Shown: in pieces, positions 27,715-39,321 of the stretch
How positions within the stretch are numbered: the stretch's first letter is position 1
Layout: each line of letters opens with the position of its first letter
Source of the DNA: an uncultured Gammaproteobacteria bacterium
GTDB lineage: Bacteria > Patescibacteriota > Patescibacteriia > UBA1558 > 2-01-FULL-52-15
Reading direction: 5' to 3'
Assembly (NCBI GenBank): GCA_964517065.1
Contig: CAZFBK010000001.1
Span: 41,734-105,733, forward strand
Length of the DNA: 64,000 nt
Position numbers and translations under genes: made by a program
The notes under the pieces: generated by a model
Database searches by the model: none
What the model was told of the DNA's origin: nothing
Seen by the model: the letters and a program-made list of their open reading frames with translations, nothing else

Positions 27715-30118
27715 CGGCTTCTGCGTAATACTGATTTCTTTCTATCTGAGCGTTATCATACGCCTCAGCTAGATTTGAAATCGTTTCCCATTCCTTCTCC
27801 ATCGTGGCTAAATTTTTGTCACCGCTTGCATTGACACGGGCATCGGCGAAAGTATCAGCTTCCATTATCTGCTTAACCACACGTGGATCAGCCGCTTTGG
27901 CGTGTTTGATGAGTATTTCCCTTTGTGTCACGTTGCCCATCTCACCAGCACCTTTTATCTGAGTGTGACTTAACTCTGGAGCGATAACCTTTAGTTGCTC
28001 TGGGTCTAACCTGACAATTTGTTCAGCTTTCAAAATACCGACAGTGTTCTTAACCGCAGGGTCCTTAGGGTTTGCAGCTAAGAGCGTCTGAGCCTGTTTT
28101 ACAAACTCATCAGCATCTAATCTCGCCATTATACCCAATGACTTCTCATTATTATGATAGGTTTTAGCATATGCCTTGGAAAACGTCTTTTGAGCTTCTT
28201 TTGTTTGTCTCTTAATACCTTTTTCTATATCATCACTCGAACCACCTGCTGCACTGAACCCATCCAAAATAGACTTCCTCATTGTATCTGGTAATTTCTC
28301 AAAGGAATCCGCGTGAATACCTGCAATCAGTTTATCCGCTTCCCCCTTAGCTACTGACGCCACAGCGATTTCATTTCGGGTCTTCTCATTACTAATACGA
28401 CTCCAATTCTGTTGTTCGAAGTTCTCCAAATCTTTCTCCATAGTTTGACCTCCCGCTTTCAGAGCCTCATGAGCAGCATCAACATATTGTTCATTTTTCC
28501 CATTCTTGAATTCGCCGTCAGATACGAGATTAGCCACAGCCGCAGCCGCCCCATTGCGATCCACATCATGTATAGCATTTAGTCTCGTCTGCACCGGATC
28601 ATATTTCATAGCTTTACGCTTAGCCTCAATATCCTGGGCCTTCAGAGTGGAATCCATACGAGCAAACTCTCGAGCAGCCCGATGAGCTGGATTCAGCGCC
28701 GCACCACCCATGACTTGGATTGTACCCTTAGCCACAGTCCTCGTCACATCACCAGCAAAACGTCCAACCTTTTCACCTGCTACTGAGCTCACTCCTCTCT
28801 GAACATTACTGGCCAGTCTACCGGTAACCATATTCGTCAACTGATTACCCCTATCAAGCAGATTTGCTGCCCCACCGATCGGCATAGCAGCCAGTGACCG
28901 AGCTGTACCAACGAGTCCGCCAGCGCCTGAGCGACCCACCAAAACCGACTTACCGATACCGGTCAGCTTACCAGAAGCTTTCTTGGAAATACCAGCACCG
29001 ACAGTACCAAGCTTGCCCGCCATCATCAGAGAACCAAACAGTAAAGAAATAGCCACAAAGAAACGAATCAGACTTTTGGCCGCTGAAGTATTCGAAGCGC
29101 TTGATGGAGCGTTGGTCGTGCTGTCTGTCACTACACTGACAGATGAAGAGCTGCTATCGGTGGCACGGTCACTGATCGTTCCAGAGAGCACTCCCGGTCC
29201 GCCTTCATTCACCACCGCGAAGCTCAACCAGAGGAAAAAAGCCAAGGTCGGTCCGAGAACGAGGTATTTCGATAAATTATCCCACCACTCCAGATAATAT
29301 TTGCTGGCTGTCGGTAAGGTACTGCAAAGGAAGGCTACTGGAGACAGGATGATGATAAAGACAAACATGATGATACGCATCAGGAAGAGGAAGGTAATGA
29401 CACTGACCACTACTAAGGTGACGAGAAGCATGATCCCACCGAGACCAATCTGAAGCAGAACCGTCAAAATATTGGCCTGAGGGAAATCAGAGCCCTGCCA
29501 CAGCGTCATCCAACCGGTCAATCCTAATAATTTCGGGAAGCCTCCCTGGATAGCATCGAGGAAGGCATTGACGAAGGTCAGCGTCACCGCCTGAGAAAGA
29601 TCAATGAAGAATAAGGTAATTGTTTTGCTGAAATTAATCAAAATAGCCATCAGGATCAAACGACGAAGATTCTGCTGATAGCCATACCGACCACTTTTCA
29701 CAATCGTACCGACCGCCACTACTACCAGGATGAGGATGAAGAACATATTACTGAGATCACGCAAAACCGTCCAACCTTTGGTGACGATAGCCTCATCACC
29801 AAAACCCTGATAACTCAAGACCCATACCATGACATTCGTCACGAGGGCGAGGATCCAACCCGGAATATAGATAAAGGCTAAATAAAATATGAATGCTAAT
29901 CCCTTTGCTACAAATGATAATGGACCAGCGCCGTCTTGTACCGCAGTGGCGGTCGCACTACCGACTGGAGCACCGGTATCCACATCCTGAGCCCACACCA
30001 CCCGCACAAAAACTAATCCAACGAGACAGATAAATAAACCTAAGCCCAACCAGTACTTACTTGTTGGCTTTTGTGTCCAGGTACGGATAGCGTGGAATGT
30101 TGCAGTGAAAAATTTCAT
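27632..30118 (-). CDS. Polytopic membrane protein. Signal peptide, about 7 TM helices and a long soluble C-terminal region. VirB6/TrbL-like topology.
   Basis: 828-aa ORF. Hydrophobic helices across residues about 70-370. Start codon overlaps the giant gene's stop (TAATG). Confidence 0.5.
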   Translation of the reverse strand: MKFFTATFHAIRTWTQKPTSKYWLGLGLFICLVGLVFVRVVWAQDVDTGAPVGSATATAVQDGAGPLSFVAKGLAFIFYLAFIYIPGWILALVTNVMVWVLSYQGFGDEAIVTKGWTVLRDLSNMFFILILVVVAVGTIVKSGRYGYQQNLRRLILMAILINFSKTITLFFIDLSQAVTLTFVNAFLDAIQGGFPKLLGLTGWMTLWQGSDFPQANILTVLLQIGLGGIMLLVTLVVVSVITFLFLMRIIMFVFIIILSPVAFLCSTLPTASKYYLEWWDNLSKYLVLGPTLAFFLWLSFAVVNEGGPGVLSGTISDRATDSSSSSVSVVTDSTTNAPSSASNTSAAKSLIRFFVAISLLFGSLMMAGKLGTVGAGISKKASGKLTGIGKSVLVGRSGAGGLVGTARSLAAMPIGGAANLLDRGNQLTNMVTGRLASNVQRGVSSVAGEKVGRFAGDVTRTVAKGTIQVMGGAALNPAHRAAREFARMDSTLKAQDIEAKRKAMKYDPVQTRLNAIHDVDRNGAAAAVANLVSDGEFKNGKNEQYVDAAHEALKAGGQTMEKDLENFEQQNWSRISNEKTRNEIAVASVAKGEADKLIAGIHADSFEKLPDTMRKSILDGFSAAGGSSDDIEKGIKRQTKEAQKTFSKAYAKTYHNNEKSLGIMARLDADEFVKQAQTLLAANPKDPAVKNTVGILKAEQIVRLDPEQLKVIAPELSHTQIKGAGEMGNVTQREILIKHAKAADPRVVKQIMEADTFADARVNASGDKNLATMEKEWETISNLAEAYDNAQIERNQYYAEAGASVFHAGGKTPPKLPKKPQVRPTKAT

Positions 30119-33100
30119 TAGTTTGTCGGTGCTTTAATTTTGATAACATCGTCACTTCCTCCGCCACCATAGACTACATCTGCCGAGCCAGAGCAACCGC
30201 TACCTACCGCGCTCCAGAGATTATTAGCACACCAGCCCCAATTGTCTTGAATACTAACTCTCGGTTTGAAGCAAGCATAGCCAGCCTCACAACCAGCGGT
30301 ATAGTTCGAATCATAATGATAGACATGGAAGTAGTTGCGAATACCTTCTTCACAGGCTTGTGGTGTACCGGCGAAATCCAGAGTACTGCCGTTGCCCCAG
30401 GTATAGTTGAAAGCTAATGGTTGGAAATTCGAAATTGTACTAGTGGTCAAAGCTAAGGCAGGATCGCACTGGGGCCAGTTATTCTTATACAATCCAATGT
30501 TACTCTGCACCGAGCCATCACCCCAATCAATCTTGATACTACGGATCGGCATATGATCTTTGTAGGCCATGGCGAAGAAACTAATATTGGCTAACAAATT
30601 TGGCTTCTTATCTTCTGTGATCGTGCCGTTGGTCTGTCCATTGACGGTGAAATTACCAACTTTGCCGAGTGTACACTGACCGGAGTCAGAAGCACAAATG
30701 GCTTCAGCGATGATAGGACCGAAGTTAGTATCAGCATAATATTTGGAATCGTGTGATTGCGTGCCCTGCGCTGAAGATGATGGCATAGTAGCATCCAATG
30801 GTAAAGCCTTCGAGGCCACAGCATTCGCACTTCCATAATCACAGTTTGGGTCAGTGTCTGGATTACATAATTTCTTATACGTGTCTGGTTGGAAGGTACA
30901 ATACGGCTGACCTTCACATGTCTGTCCATTCAGACAGTCAGCATCGATAGAACAGGTTGTTTTCGAAATGGAGCAACGTTTATCTGCATAAGTTGTAACT
31001 TGACTTGCAAGCTTACATTTAGCATCTGGAGCCTGACAAATTTGATTTCCGCTATTATCAGTCTTATAACCATCGAGCTTCTGTCCCAGTGCATTGGTAG
31101 TGTCATCGTAGCAATCCTGAGGGTTTTTGAACCAACGATTAGCGGCATTCTCATCAAAAGCAGGGCCGACACAAAGATGCGCATTCGCTGGGGCACAGAA
31201 GGTCGCTTTATTCAAAGTTGGTATTTTAGAAGTACAATCACTCACCGTACTACATTCTATTACTGTCCAACCATTACCACCAAGCACTGTGTCATGACAC
31301 AAATCTTTACCACGACCATTGTCAGCGCACTCCATGTGAGCTGTCGAAGCTTGACAGACAGTTGTTGAGCTTGGGGGCACATAAGCACAAGTGTAACGAT
31401 TGTTCTCAACTACCGAGCAATCCTTTTGTGCCACCACTGTTCTATTAGATTCGGTCATATAGGGTGTACAGGCTGACAAACAGGACAATTCGTTAGAGAA
31501 CGTCGCTTCGCATTGACCATTCGAATTAGCAATAAATCCCGAGGCACAGGTGATGCCACATGATCTATTACCCCAGGGTGAATTAATACAATTTGAAACT
31601 GCAGTACATTTATTTTCTTCCTTCGATATAACACAGGCACTATCATTAGAACAATTCTCTCCGCCGTATAATTTACTATCACAAACACTATAGACACAGG
31701 TGTTACCGAGTGTATAACGATAAACCCCGAAAACTCGCTGGAATATTGAACGTAAGTTTATGATACCGTCGGCGTAGGTCTGGTATGGTTGATCCACCTT
31801 ACCAAACTTCCCTGGCGTCATCCACCCATCAACATAAACCCGACTACCCTTCTGACCTAATAACCCGCAAATACCGTCATCGTTTGCACAGACATAGGGA
31901 CTACCCGCTCGCGGTACGGTTCCGATCGATTTCAAATCTAAACGAGGGAAATCAGAGGGTTCAAGGCCAGATGATGGTACAGCTGAGCCAAAAGGAGCTG
32001 CGTCTTGATTTAAAGTGTAATTTGGAGCGCCGCTTGTTCGGGGGTCAGAACTAATTTTATAAGTATCGCCGTTAGCCAATTTGAAATCACTCCAGAAAAG
32101 ATTCGTAATAGCAGCATTGTCACCCCGAGGAGTTACAGCTTGAGCCAGATAGCTACAAGCGGCATACGGCTCAGAATCACCAAAGAATGTTCGACCAAGC
32201 AGTTGCGAGTGATTATTAGCGTCAGTGTATTGAATACGTAATGTTTCACGATCATAATCAGCCTCACACTGGTCTGTTAGTCTATATCGATTACCGTCGA
32301 ACCCATCTTTGACATCGACGATATTACCAACACAATTATCGACTGTTCGCCAACCGCTGCCGTCATTAATTTGAGAAATTGGTAACACAGCAACCGGATG
32401 GTCAATGCCACTGAATATGCCTCCTCCGCAGTTCTGACCTAGCTCATATGCAAAATACTTACCGTCAATTACACGACGTTGATCCTTCAGGCCGGCCCCA
32501 TGAACAGTTGGATCTTCTGTTGAGTTACTATCTAATGCTTGCCCATTTGCATCCACTTTAATGAAAGTTCCCGGTTTTTCAATATCCGAAGCACTATCAA
32601 GACAATCAATTGTAAACTTTCGACGAATTTCTTTGACACCTACTTCAGCACAATAATAGGCCGGAGCTTTATAGGAATAACCTGCTTCACGGTATTGATT
32701 AAAGTAATCTGTACCTCCCGGTGCGATATCGACTGGCAACCAAGACAAACAAGCGTACTGTGTCGGAGAAGCATTGATATGGGTACTGGTATCTGGCTCC
32801 AGACAATATCCCGGCCAGTTCAGATAAACATCGCTACGTCGCAGTTGAATAGGGTTACCGCCCGGACATTGGGTATCAATCGAGGTGGTATTAGTTTTGT
32901 CATTAACATTCTCAACTGTTTTGCAGGCAGAACCATCCAAACTTCCGCCGTCGCAAATACAGGTCGGTACTTCGGTACCGCCCAGAGGACCATTGATAGA
33001 ATAATATCTGACAGCTGATGTTCCTCCATACTGCATTTTGTAATACCCTGTCTCACAGGAAGCGACGGAGCTGTCGCAGATGTTGGCCTGCTGAAATCCA

Positions 33101-36100
33101 AAAGTAACTTTCCTGGTGGAGCTCTGTGCCCCACTGGACAAGCTCTGGGGGAAAGGGGCATCTTGCTCAGCATAAGCGCGGGTAGAAACTTTCAGCACGA
33201 ACGGTGAGATCGGATCAAACCTACTACCGTCAATACCGACAGCACATTCGGCCTTATCATTATGATTGAAGACTCTACCGATATCTCCGGGGCCGCATTT
33301 GGCATAGCCGGTGTCTCCATACTGACTGCCTGAGCCATTCGGATCTGTACAAGCACCAGTACTACTGACACAGTCAACGAACTTGACTAGGCGATAGTCA
33401 GGCTTGAGAGGATCCGGTCCGTCTTTTTTGGCATTGATACTGATATCCAATAAATGCATATTATCTACCGGGTAGCGATTGTACATCGACATACCAGAAT
33501 AATCAGTTGCCTGATAGCGGGTATCGCGAGTGACATAGCTAGCATAATCCAGCTTGGTCTGACTCTCCGGTAGCCAGTTGGCACAATTCAGTAGATCGCC
33601 GCTGGTACTATACTTATCGCATAGTCCAACTTCTGAGCAAATCTGTCGGTAGCCTTTGGTCTGCGGGTCAAAGATCTGGGAGCTACTCTTGCAAGCCAGC
33701 CACTGTGAACATTCACGATCACGATTAACTTTGATCACCCTGTTTGCATCATTGGTACAATCATGGAGTTGCTGATCCGAGGAGCTCTGATCACAGACAA
33801 CAGGACTGACAGGCTTACCGCCGGCCTTATCGCTAGCCAGATAGGTCAGGTAGCTGTTGTACGTTTTGTTGCTGTCATTGACATCGTCAAACAAGATACA
33901 GCCATTATTTTTACTGACCTGACCATTGCAGGTACTGTCATCGATATTGTCATTATTGAGGTAGAAATAAGATTTGACCTTTCGCAGACTGACATTCGAG
34001 AACTCTACCTTCGAGGCGCCACCGCAGGTACCACCACTGCAGGCGGTCAAGACAGGATTACAAGACTGACCACTATTGGTACAGGCCGTATTGAAACAGT
34101 TAGGATTGTTCTCGTTATTCGCACCGGCTGGACAGCCAGTATTTGACTGCTGATAATAACCACTGGAGACACGGAAGGTTGGCTCGCAGTAGATCAGCTC
34201 ATCCCCTTGTGAATCAGAGCCAATGTTCGCCACGACGTTCAGACTTTGAATACCGTCTCGCTTCTTGATATCGGCCCCGACATAGTACTCTGTCAGATGA
34301 TCACGACGATTGTTTTGTGAATCGGTTGATTGGTAGCCAAAGTTCGTTTCGCAGGTATAGCCGGCTCCCAGTGAGGAACAACGACTGTTATTGGTACAAG
34401 CTACATTGGTTTTATCAGTATTGCTCTGACAGTAGCCTTGCGCTGCTTTGTAACAGAAGTTATTACCGCCACCACACTGGTCACTAGTAGTACAAGGCTT
34501 GGTATAGTCTACTGTTACATCAAAGCCAGTGCCAACGATACCGCAATAATCCTGATCATAGGGACTATCCCAGACACAGCGCATCACAGCCTGTACAGCA
34601 CCACCGGATTTGTCATCGGCGAAAAAATTATCTATCCTGACGTCCGCACTGAGATTGTAGGTCTCAGTATTCTGCATCTTCAGATTGGTCTGCGGATCCT
34701 GAGTGAACAGTCTCTGGAAAAACAATCCCGTGCCCGTTGGATTGGTAGTAATAGTGGCAGTACCCCCATTGGCATTGAAGGTGGCAGCACTGTTCAACGT
34801 GTTTCCATAAGCACTCCAACTAGCCCAACCGGCGACACCGTTAGCAAAGGTGGCATTGGCAAAAAGATTCTCCCCGTCAGTAGCCTGCGTATCCACGAAT
34901 TCTGAACATTGATTCTGACTAGCAGGGCAGGTGCCGACCCAACCGCCGTAGAGTGGGTCTGCCGTCGGATGAATTACAAACTGATCTTCGGTGAATGGAG
35001 GGATACCTTGGGAATAACAACCAATCGGTGTCTGACCCGGTAGCAGACTCTCAGTCTGGAACCAGCCATTGAAAGACACCCCCTGAATACTGACGCCTTC
35101 TTTATAGGTACAGGTACGATTGTAGGGATCACGGTAGAAGGCCGATTGACCGCTGGCATCAGAATATTCTTGGCAGAACAATCCAGAATCCTGACATAAC
35201 TGCTGATCATAGCGATCAGGATCATTGATTTGGAAGACAGGGGTATATGATCTCACATAGTCTGGATCAGTCTCTGGTAGATCACGGTTAAAGGTCGGCC
35301 TACCCATCAGGGTACAGCCTTGATAGCTAGCTGAGCAGGATTTCTTCTGATCTATGACAACGTACTCCAACGCATCTGCCGGTACGGTGATCTGAGATTT
35401 GTCACCAGCATGATACATCTGCTGATAGGGAGAATTAGAGTTCTGGGTATTGACCACAGCCTGACAACCGACTGCCTCCTGACGACAAATCTGTGAGAAC
35501 GTACGGAGCGTCACGGTAGAATTATTCGGTCCTTTATACTCCTGACATCCCAGATTGGCTCCGACGAACGGTTGGTCACAGCTGGCAGGTGTGCTCCAAC
35601 TATTAGCCACCACAGTGAGGTTGCTGACCGATTCTTTCAAAATAATATTATCGACAAACACCTTCGGGCTGGCTTCCAGCTGCAACAACACCGCGTCGCT
35701 GGCCATAACTTCATCAACTTGAAGCGGTCCAAGCTGATATGGCTGCCAGCCAGTCGTCGGCTGGATCGGACTGACATTGGCAGCAGTGAATTCGCAGACG
35801 CCACCGTTACATTTGGTCTGACTGCCGTCAAACTTACCGAGGAAAGCTTTGAACTCTGTACCGGCTGTCTCAGCTTTGAGCCAGAAGCTAAGATAATATT
35901 CTCGTCCCGGAACTATTGAAGTGCCTTCGGAACGACTGACAACACCGGAAGTCCAGGACATGGAATGTCCGCCGGAATTGGTTGATTCAGCTGAGTATAT
36001 AGGAGTAACTGTTCCAGCCTGCCACGGTTGATATGAACCAGACTCAAAGGTGTCATTACTGACCTGACGCAGATTGTTGCCTTGGTTACCGCGGAATTCG

Positions 36101-39100
36101 GTACAACCGACGGCAGCTGCCGAGCAGGTTCGGCTTTCTTTATCCAGACCACTATACACTACTCCGCTACTACGGCGTAATGGATGACAGTTGCTATCAG
36201 CGAAAATAACTTTATCCTGCAAACGGAATTTGGAAACACCATCAGTGTCGAAGAATTCACGACAGTTTGGATCGGTACTGACATCGCCAGCCTGACAAGT
36301 CGCCTGTGTCGCTGCTGTGTCCTGACAGGTGGTGCCGCCGGGTGCCACGTTGGTACACGGACCGCCGTCAAGATTGCTCTTCAGTACCTGCCAGGTGCGG
36401 ACTTGGAAACCACTGGTATCACTACCTTCGAGTGTATAATAAGTAATACCAAAATTAGCAGCTACACACTGACGCAAGAAGCTATAGTAATGTTTACCCT
36501 CGCCACCAGCAGCTACTTCGTCCAAATTAGTGAAAGCACTACAACCAATATCAGTGGCGTTACATTGTTTGGCGCTACTAGCAATAAAGTTTACATTAGT
36601 CGAAGCTGCCGTTGGCTGCTCCATGGTTTCAAAAGCAGTTGGTAACTGTATATAGGTCTGATAGCCGACACATTCGGCGGGACAACGATCAGCATTCGTC
36701 ACGACACCCGGCACAGTAGGGCCGCCATTTGTTGGGCTGTACAGATTACAGCCAACTTCTTCAGCTTTGCAGCTGAAACGAGTACCATTGAGATACACTT
36801 TGCCTGCGCTACCATAATCATTGTAATTCGATGGGCTTGATCCCGGCTCAACTTTGACACCATCGATGTAGAGAGCTCCACAGCCAGCCAGTGATCCGAG
36901 GAAGACGGTCAACTGTTGATCAGGATTATCGAGATCAAAAGTATGCGTCAACTGAAAGCGTTGCCAATCGCCGGTATAATTCACCTGAGCACTGACTGCT
37001 GAGGTACTCTGAGAACCAAGTGCTGCATTCGCAGTACAGGCTGTCGTAACCTTACCATACCAAGAGAGCGTATAAGTGGCGCCAACCAGACGACCAGCGA
37101 CTGCCGTAGCAGATAGCTGTCCATCACCAACAAGCTTAATCGCCGAAGATCCAATATAGGAGTTATCCCCTGCAACGGTATAGGCATTAAAGTTTGTACC
37201 ATTAGCCGTCCAACCGCTGAAGCTGTCAGGCAACGTATCATTGATATAGTCACCGTTGGTTTTGTCGGTATCAATATTCAGCTGATAAGTATCAAAATTA
37301 CCGTTGGCCAAGAGATTGATACCGCCTGTCTGCGGATTGATAAACTCCTGACAGCCGGCATCCTGCTGGGAACAACTGGTTACTTTGTTATTGAGATAAA
37401 TACGGTCATTAGGATTCCACTGGTAATTTGGGTTAGCAGCTGTACCGGTATTTTCCTGATTGAGACTGTACCATGAGCAACCTGCCTGTCCGGCGTCGCA
37501 AGATTCCAAAGTATTCTGCAGATAGCTGTATTTGGCGCCATTATCACGACGAGTGAAAACCTGACAGGATGAATACTGCTCCTGACAGGACTCACCGCTG
37601 AAGCGCCAGATATTACGCTCTTGGGTACAATAGCCATATCCCCCAACGCAATTACCTTTGCTATCTTGTGCCAGACACGAAGGACGATCGACACAGACTT
37701 GCTGACGTTGATTACTAGTGACATCTTCCAATGTCGGACCGTATACCAGAGCTTTGCATTGGGTGGATGGCGCTGTCAGTACCCAATTTGGATCAATCAA
37801 ATGATAGAAAATATTAGCAACTGGGTCGAGGATACATTTCGGTCCATTATCGAAACAGTTCACGACCTCACCGAGTGTCACCGGCCGAGAGACAGGACTG
37901 AGGGCAGCAGCAATCTCCCAACCGAGTGGTAAGATACGATAACTACGCAGACGGGCAATATTTCCATAACAATAGCCATTTTGGAAACAGCTCTTATCTC
38001 CATTCTGTGAAGCGTTGAGATAGGATATCAATGGACGATCGGCTTGCAGATGTCCCTGAGCCAGAGCCTGAGCAACTGTTTCTTTATTATTAATGGCCGC
38101 CAAAAAGGTATTATCAATTGTACAATTATCCGGCTGAGCCAGTTTGCGATCTGGCGGACAGGCGGTCAAATTTTGCAAATAATCGAATTCGTCAATTTGC
38201 TCCACGTTGACTGTTTTCAAATCAGCGAAAAGCTCAGAGGCGGAGCCGAAGCGACGTAAATCAACTTTATTACGCAACTGGTTGATCAAAGAATCGCGTA
38301 GATTGGTCGTTCCGCCACCGTAGAGGTTTGATAATGACCAACTACCACTAATATATTTATTTAATAACTTAGCCGTTAATGATCTCGAAAATAACTTGGC
38401 GGCATTGATAAAGACGTCTTCTGTTTTGATCAATGAAGCTTCTAATAAAGCATCTCGATAGGCGTTCTCATCGATACCCATGACCTTCGCGCAGTGGACC
38501 AAAACATCATCAGAGATCTTAGCTCCTTTATCTTTGTATCCTTTGCAGGTCTGCTCGCTAATCTTGGCTACATCCGCTGCTAATTGAGCTCGTCGGTCAG
38601 CCTCACCGGTCAACTGCAAAAAAATCCCCAGATCATTTTGGTTCGGATCCACCAGCATACCGAGCAGACCTGTTCGCTGATTGGTCGACAAACCAACCAT
38701 AGCCTGTGCTAGCCATTGTCCTGAATCAAGTGACTGACCAAATTTTTTCCAATTTTCTTTAATCTGATTCAGTTCACATTTTGGCGGTTTCGGTGCCTGA
38801 CCGCCAATGTCAGAGATCACTCCTAAGGTGATATTCACCTGAGTATCAAGTGACGGAGCGCAGAGGTTCAAACCTGATCCTTTGAAAAAATCTTCTGACA
38901 AATTACCAATGAAATCACCGTAAGCAGCATCCCGTGAATCGTTCAGAACGCGCGCAAATTCTTTGGTTCTGACCAAAGGCTTCAGACCCACCCCTCCCTG
39001 AGCAATGAAGGTGGCAGTGTTATAAGCTAGATTATTTAGATACGTTTGCAAGGTAGTCTGAAACAGACTCTGGCCAATGATTTTATAATTACGCTCAAAA

Positions 39101-39318
39101 ATTGCAGAAATTTTATCAAACAGAACTTGCATCCGGTCTTGAGTCGGTATACCGCCAGGAGCCGAAGCGCCCAATGCTCCAAGAGCTCCGGATAGATTCG
39201 TGCCAGAATCTAAGGGAGGTGGAAGTCCCACCTGAGCTAAGGCCGGCGAGTAACTTAAGCCAACTAGAAAAAAACTGAGAATGAATACTAGGCTAGTAAA
39301 CTTAGAAAATAATTTCAC
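30118..39318 (-). CDS. Giant (3066 aa) secreted cysteine-rich repeat protein. Probable surface adhesin or host-interaction protein.
   Basis: Uninterrupted 9.2-kb ORF. Signal peptide MKLFSKFTSLVFILSFFLVGLSYSPALAQV. Hundreds of Cys in recurring C-x(4-8)-G-C-x-(E/W)-(F/Y) modules (for example CDAGQAGCSWY, CSAAAVGCTEF, QQDAGCQEF, CRQEAVGCQAV). No catalytic motif recognised. Confidence 0.75.
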   Translation of the reverse strand: MKLFSKFTSLVFILSFFLVGLSYSPALAQVGLPPPLDSGTNLSGALGALGASAPGGIPTQDRMQVLFDKISAIFERNYKIIGQSLFQTTLQTYLNNLAYNTATFIAQGGVGLKPLVRTKEFARVLNDSRDAAYGDFIGNLSEDFFKGSGLNLCAPSLDTQVNITLGVISDIGGQAPKPPKCELNQIKENWKKFGQSLDSGQWLAQAMVGLSTNQRTGLLGMLVDPNQNDLGIFLQLTGEADRRAQLAADVAKISEQTCKGYKDKGAKISDDVLVHCAKVMGIDENAYRDALLEASLIKTEDVFINAAKLFSRSLTAKLLNKYISGSWSLSNLYGGGTTNLRDSLINQLRNKVDLRRFGSASELFADLKTVNVEQIDEFDYLQNLTACPPDRKLAQPDNCTIDNTFLAAINNKETVAQALAQGHLQADRPLISYLNASQNGDKSCFQNGYCYGNIARLRSYRILPLGWEIAAALSPVSRPVTLGEVVNCFDNGPKCILDPVANIFYHLIDPNWVLTAPSTQCKALVYGPTLEDVTSNQRQQVCVDRPSCLAQDSKGNCVGGYGYCTQERNIWRFSGESCQEQYSSCQVFTRRDNGAKYSYLQNTLESCDAGQAGCSWYSLNQENTGTAANPNYQWNPNDRIYLNNKVTSCSQQDAGCQEFINPQTGGINLLANGNFDTYQLNIDTDKTNGDYINDTLPDSFSGWTANGTNFNAYTVAGDNSYIGSSAIKLVGDGQLSATAVAGRLVGATYTLSWYGKVTTACTANAALGSQSTSAVSAQVNYTGDWQRFQLTHTFDLDNPDQQLTVFLGSLAGCGALYIDGVKVEPGSSPSNYNDYGSAGKVYLNGTRFSCKAEEVGCNLYSPTNGGPTVPGVVTNADRCPAECVGYQTYIQLPTAFETMEQPTAASTNVNFIASSAKQCNATDIGCSAFTNLDEVAAGGEGKHYYSFLRQCVAANFGITYYTLEGSDTSGFQVRTWQVLKSNLDGGPCTNVAPGGTTCQDTAATQATCQAGDVSTDPNCREFFDTDGVSKFRLQDKVIFADSNCHPLRRSSGVVYSGLDKESRTCSAAAVGCTEFRGNQGNNLRQVSNDTFESGSYQPWQAGTVTPIYSAESTNSGGHSMSWTSGVVSRSEGTSIVPGREYYLSFWLKAETAGTEFKAFLGKFDGSQTKCNGGVCEFTAANVSPIQPTTGWQPYQLGPLQVDEVMASDAVLLQLEASPKVFVDNIILKESVSNLTVVANSWSTPASCDQPFVGANLGCQEYKGPNNSTVTLRTFSQICRQEAVGCQAVVNTQNSNSPYQQMYHAGDKSQITVPADALEYVVIDQKKSCSASYQGCTLMGRPTFNRDLPETDPDYVRSYTPVFQINDPDRYDQQLCQDSGLFCQEYSDASGQSAFYRDPYNRTCTYKEGVSIQGVSFNGWFQTESLLPGQTPIGCYSQGIPPFTEDQFVIHPTADPLYGGWVGTCPASQNQCSEFVDTQATDGENLFANATFANGVAGWASWSAYGNTLNSAATFNANGGTATITTNPTGTGLFFQRLFTQDPQTNLKMQNTETYNLSADVRIDNFFADDKSGGAVQAVMRCVWDSPYDQDYCGIVGTGFDVTVDYTKPCTTSDQCGGGNNFCYKAAQGYCQSNTDKTNVACTNNSRCSSLGAGYTCETNFGYQSTDSQNNRRDHLTEYYVGADIKKRDGIQSLNVVANIGSDSQGDELIYCEPTFRVSSGYYQQSNTGCPAGANNENNPNCFNTACTNSGQSCNPVLTACSGGTCGGASKVEFSNVSLRKVKSYFYLNNDNIDDSTCNGQVSKNNGCILFDDVNDSNKTYNSYLTYLASDKAGGKPVSPVVCDQSSSDQQLHDCTNDANRVIKVNRDRECSQWLACKSSSQIFDPQTKGYRQICSEVGLCDKYSTSGDLLNCANWLPESQTKLDYASYVTRDTRYQATDYSGMSMYNRYPVDNMHLLDISINAKKDGPDPLKPDYRLVKFVDCVSSTGACTDPNGSGSQYGDTGYAKCGPGDIGRVFNHNDKAECAVGIDGSRFDPISPFVLKVSTRAYAEQDAPFPQSLSSGAQSSTRKVTFGFQQANICDSSVASCETGYYKMQYGGTSAVRYYSINGPLGGTEVPTCICDGGSLDGSACKTVENVNDKTNTTSIDTQCPGGNPIQLRRSDVYLNWPGYCLEPDTSTHINASPTQYACLSWLPVDIAPGGTDYFNQYREAGYSYKAPAYYCAEVGVKEIRRKFTIDCLDSASDIEKPGTFIKVDANGQALDSNSTEDPTVHGAGLKDQRRVIDGKYFAYELGQNCGGGIFSGIDHPVAVLPISQINDGSGWRTVDNCVGNIVDVKDGFDGNRYRLTDQCEADYDRETLRIQYTDANNHSQLLGRTFFGDSEPYAACSYLAQAVTPRGDNAAITNLFWSDFKLANGDTYKISSDPRTSGAPNYTLNQDAAPFGSAVPSSGLEPSDFPRLDLKSIGTVPRAGSPYVCANDDGICGLLGQKGSRVYVDGWMTPGKFGKVDQPYQTYADGIINLRSIFQRVFGVYRYTLGNTCVYSVCDSKLYGGENCSNDSACVISKEENKCTAVSNCINSPWGNRSCGITCASGFIANSNGQCEATFSNELSCLSACTPYMTESNRTVVAQKDCSVVENNRYTCAYVPPSSTTVCQASTAHMECADNGRGKDLCHDTVLGGNGWTVIECSTVSDCTSKIPTLNKATFCAPANAHLCVGPAFDENAANRWFKNPQDCYDDTTNALGQKLDGYKTDNSGNQICQAPDAKCKLASQVTTYADKRCSISKTTCSIDADCLNGQTCEGQPYCTFQPDTYKKLCNPDTDPNCDYGSANAVASKALPLDATMPSSSAQGTQSHDSKYYADTNFGPIIAEAICASDSGQCTLGKVGNFTVNGQTNGTITEDKKPNLLANISFFAMAYKDHMPIRSIKIDWGDGSVQSNIGLYKNNWPQCDPALALTTSTISNFQPLAFNYTWGNGSTLDFAGTPQACEEGIRNYFHVYHYDSNYTAGCEAGYACFKPRVSIQDNWGWCANNLWSAVGSGCSGSADVVYGGGGSDDVIKIKAPTN

Positions 39319-39321
39319 AAC

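Noticed and set aside
30591-38259. Many 60-160-aa ORFs on both strands inside the giant gene (for example 30889-31368, 32539-33018, 34438-34905)
   Set aside because: All are embedded in the uninterrupted 9.2-kb ORF, which has consistent signal peptide and Cys-module structure. They are antisense or out-of-frame artefacts.
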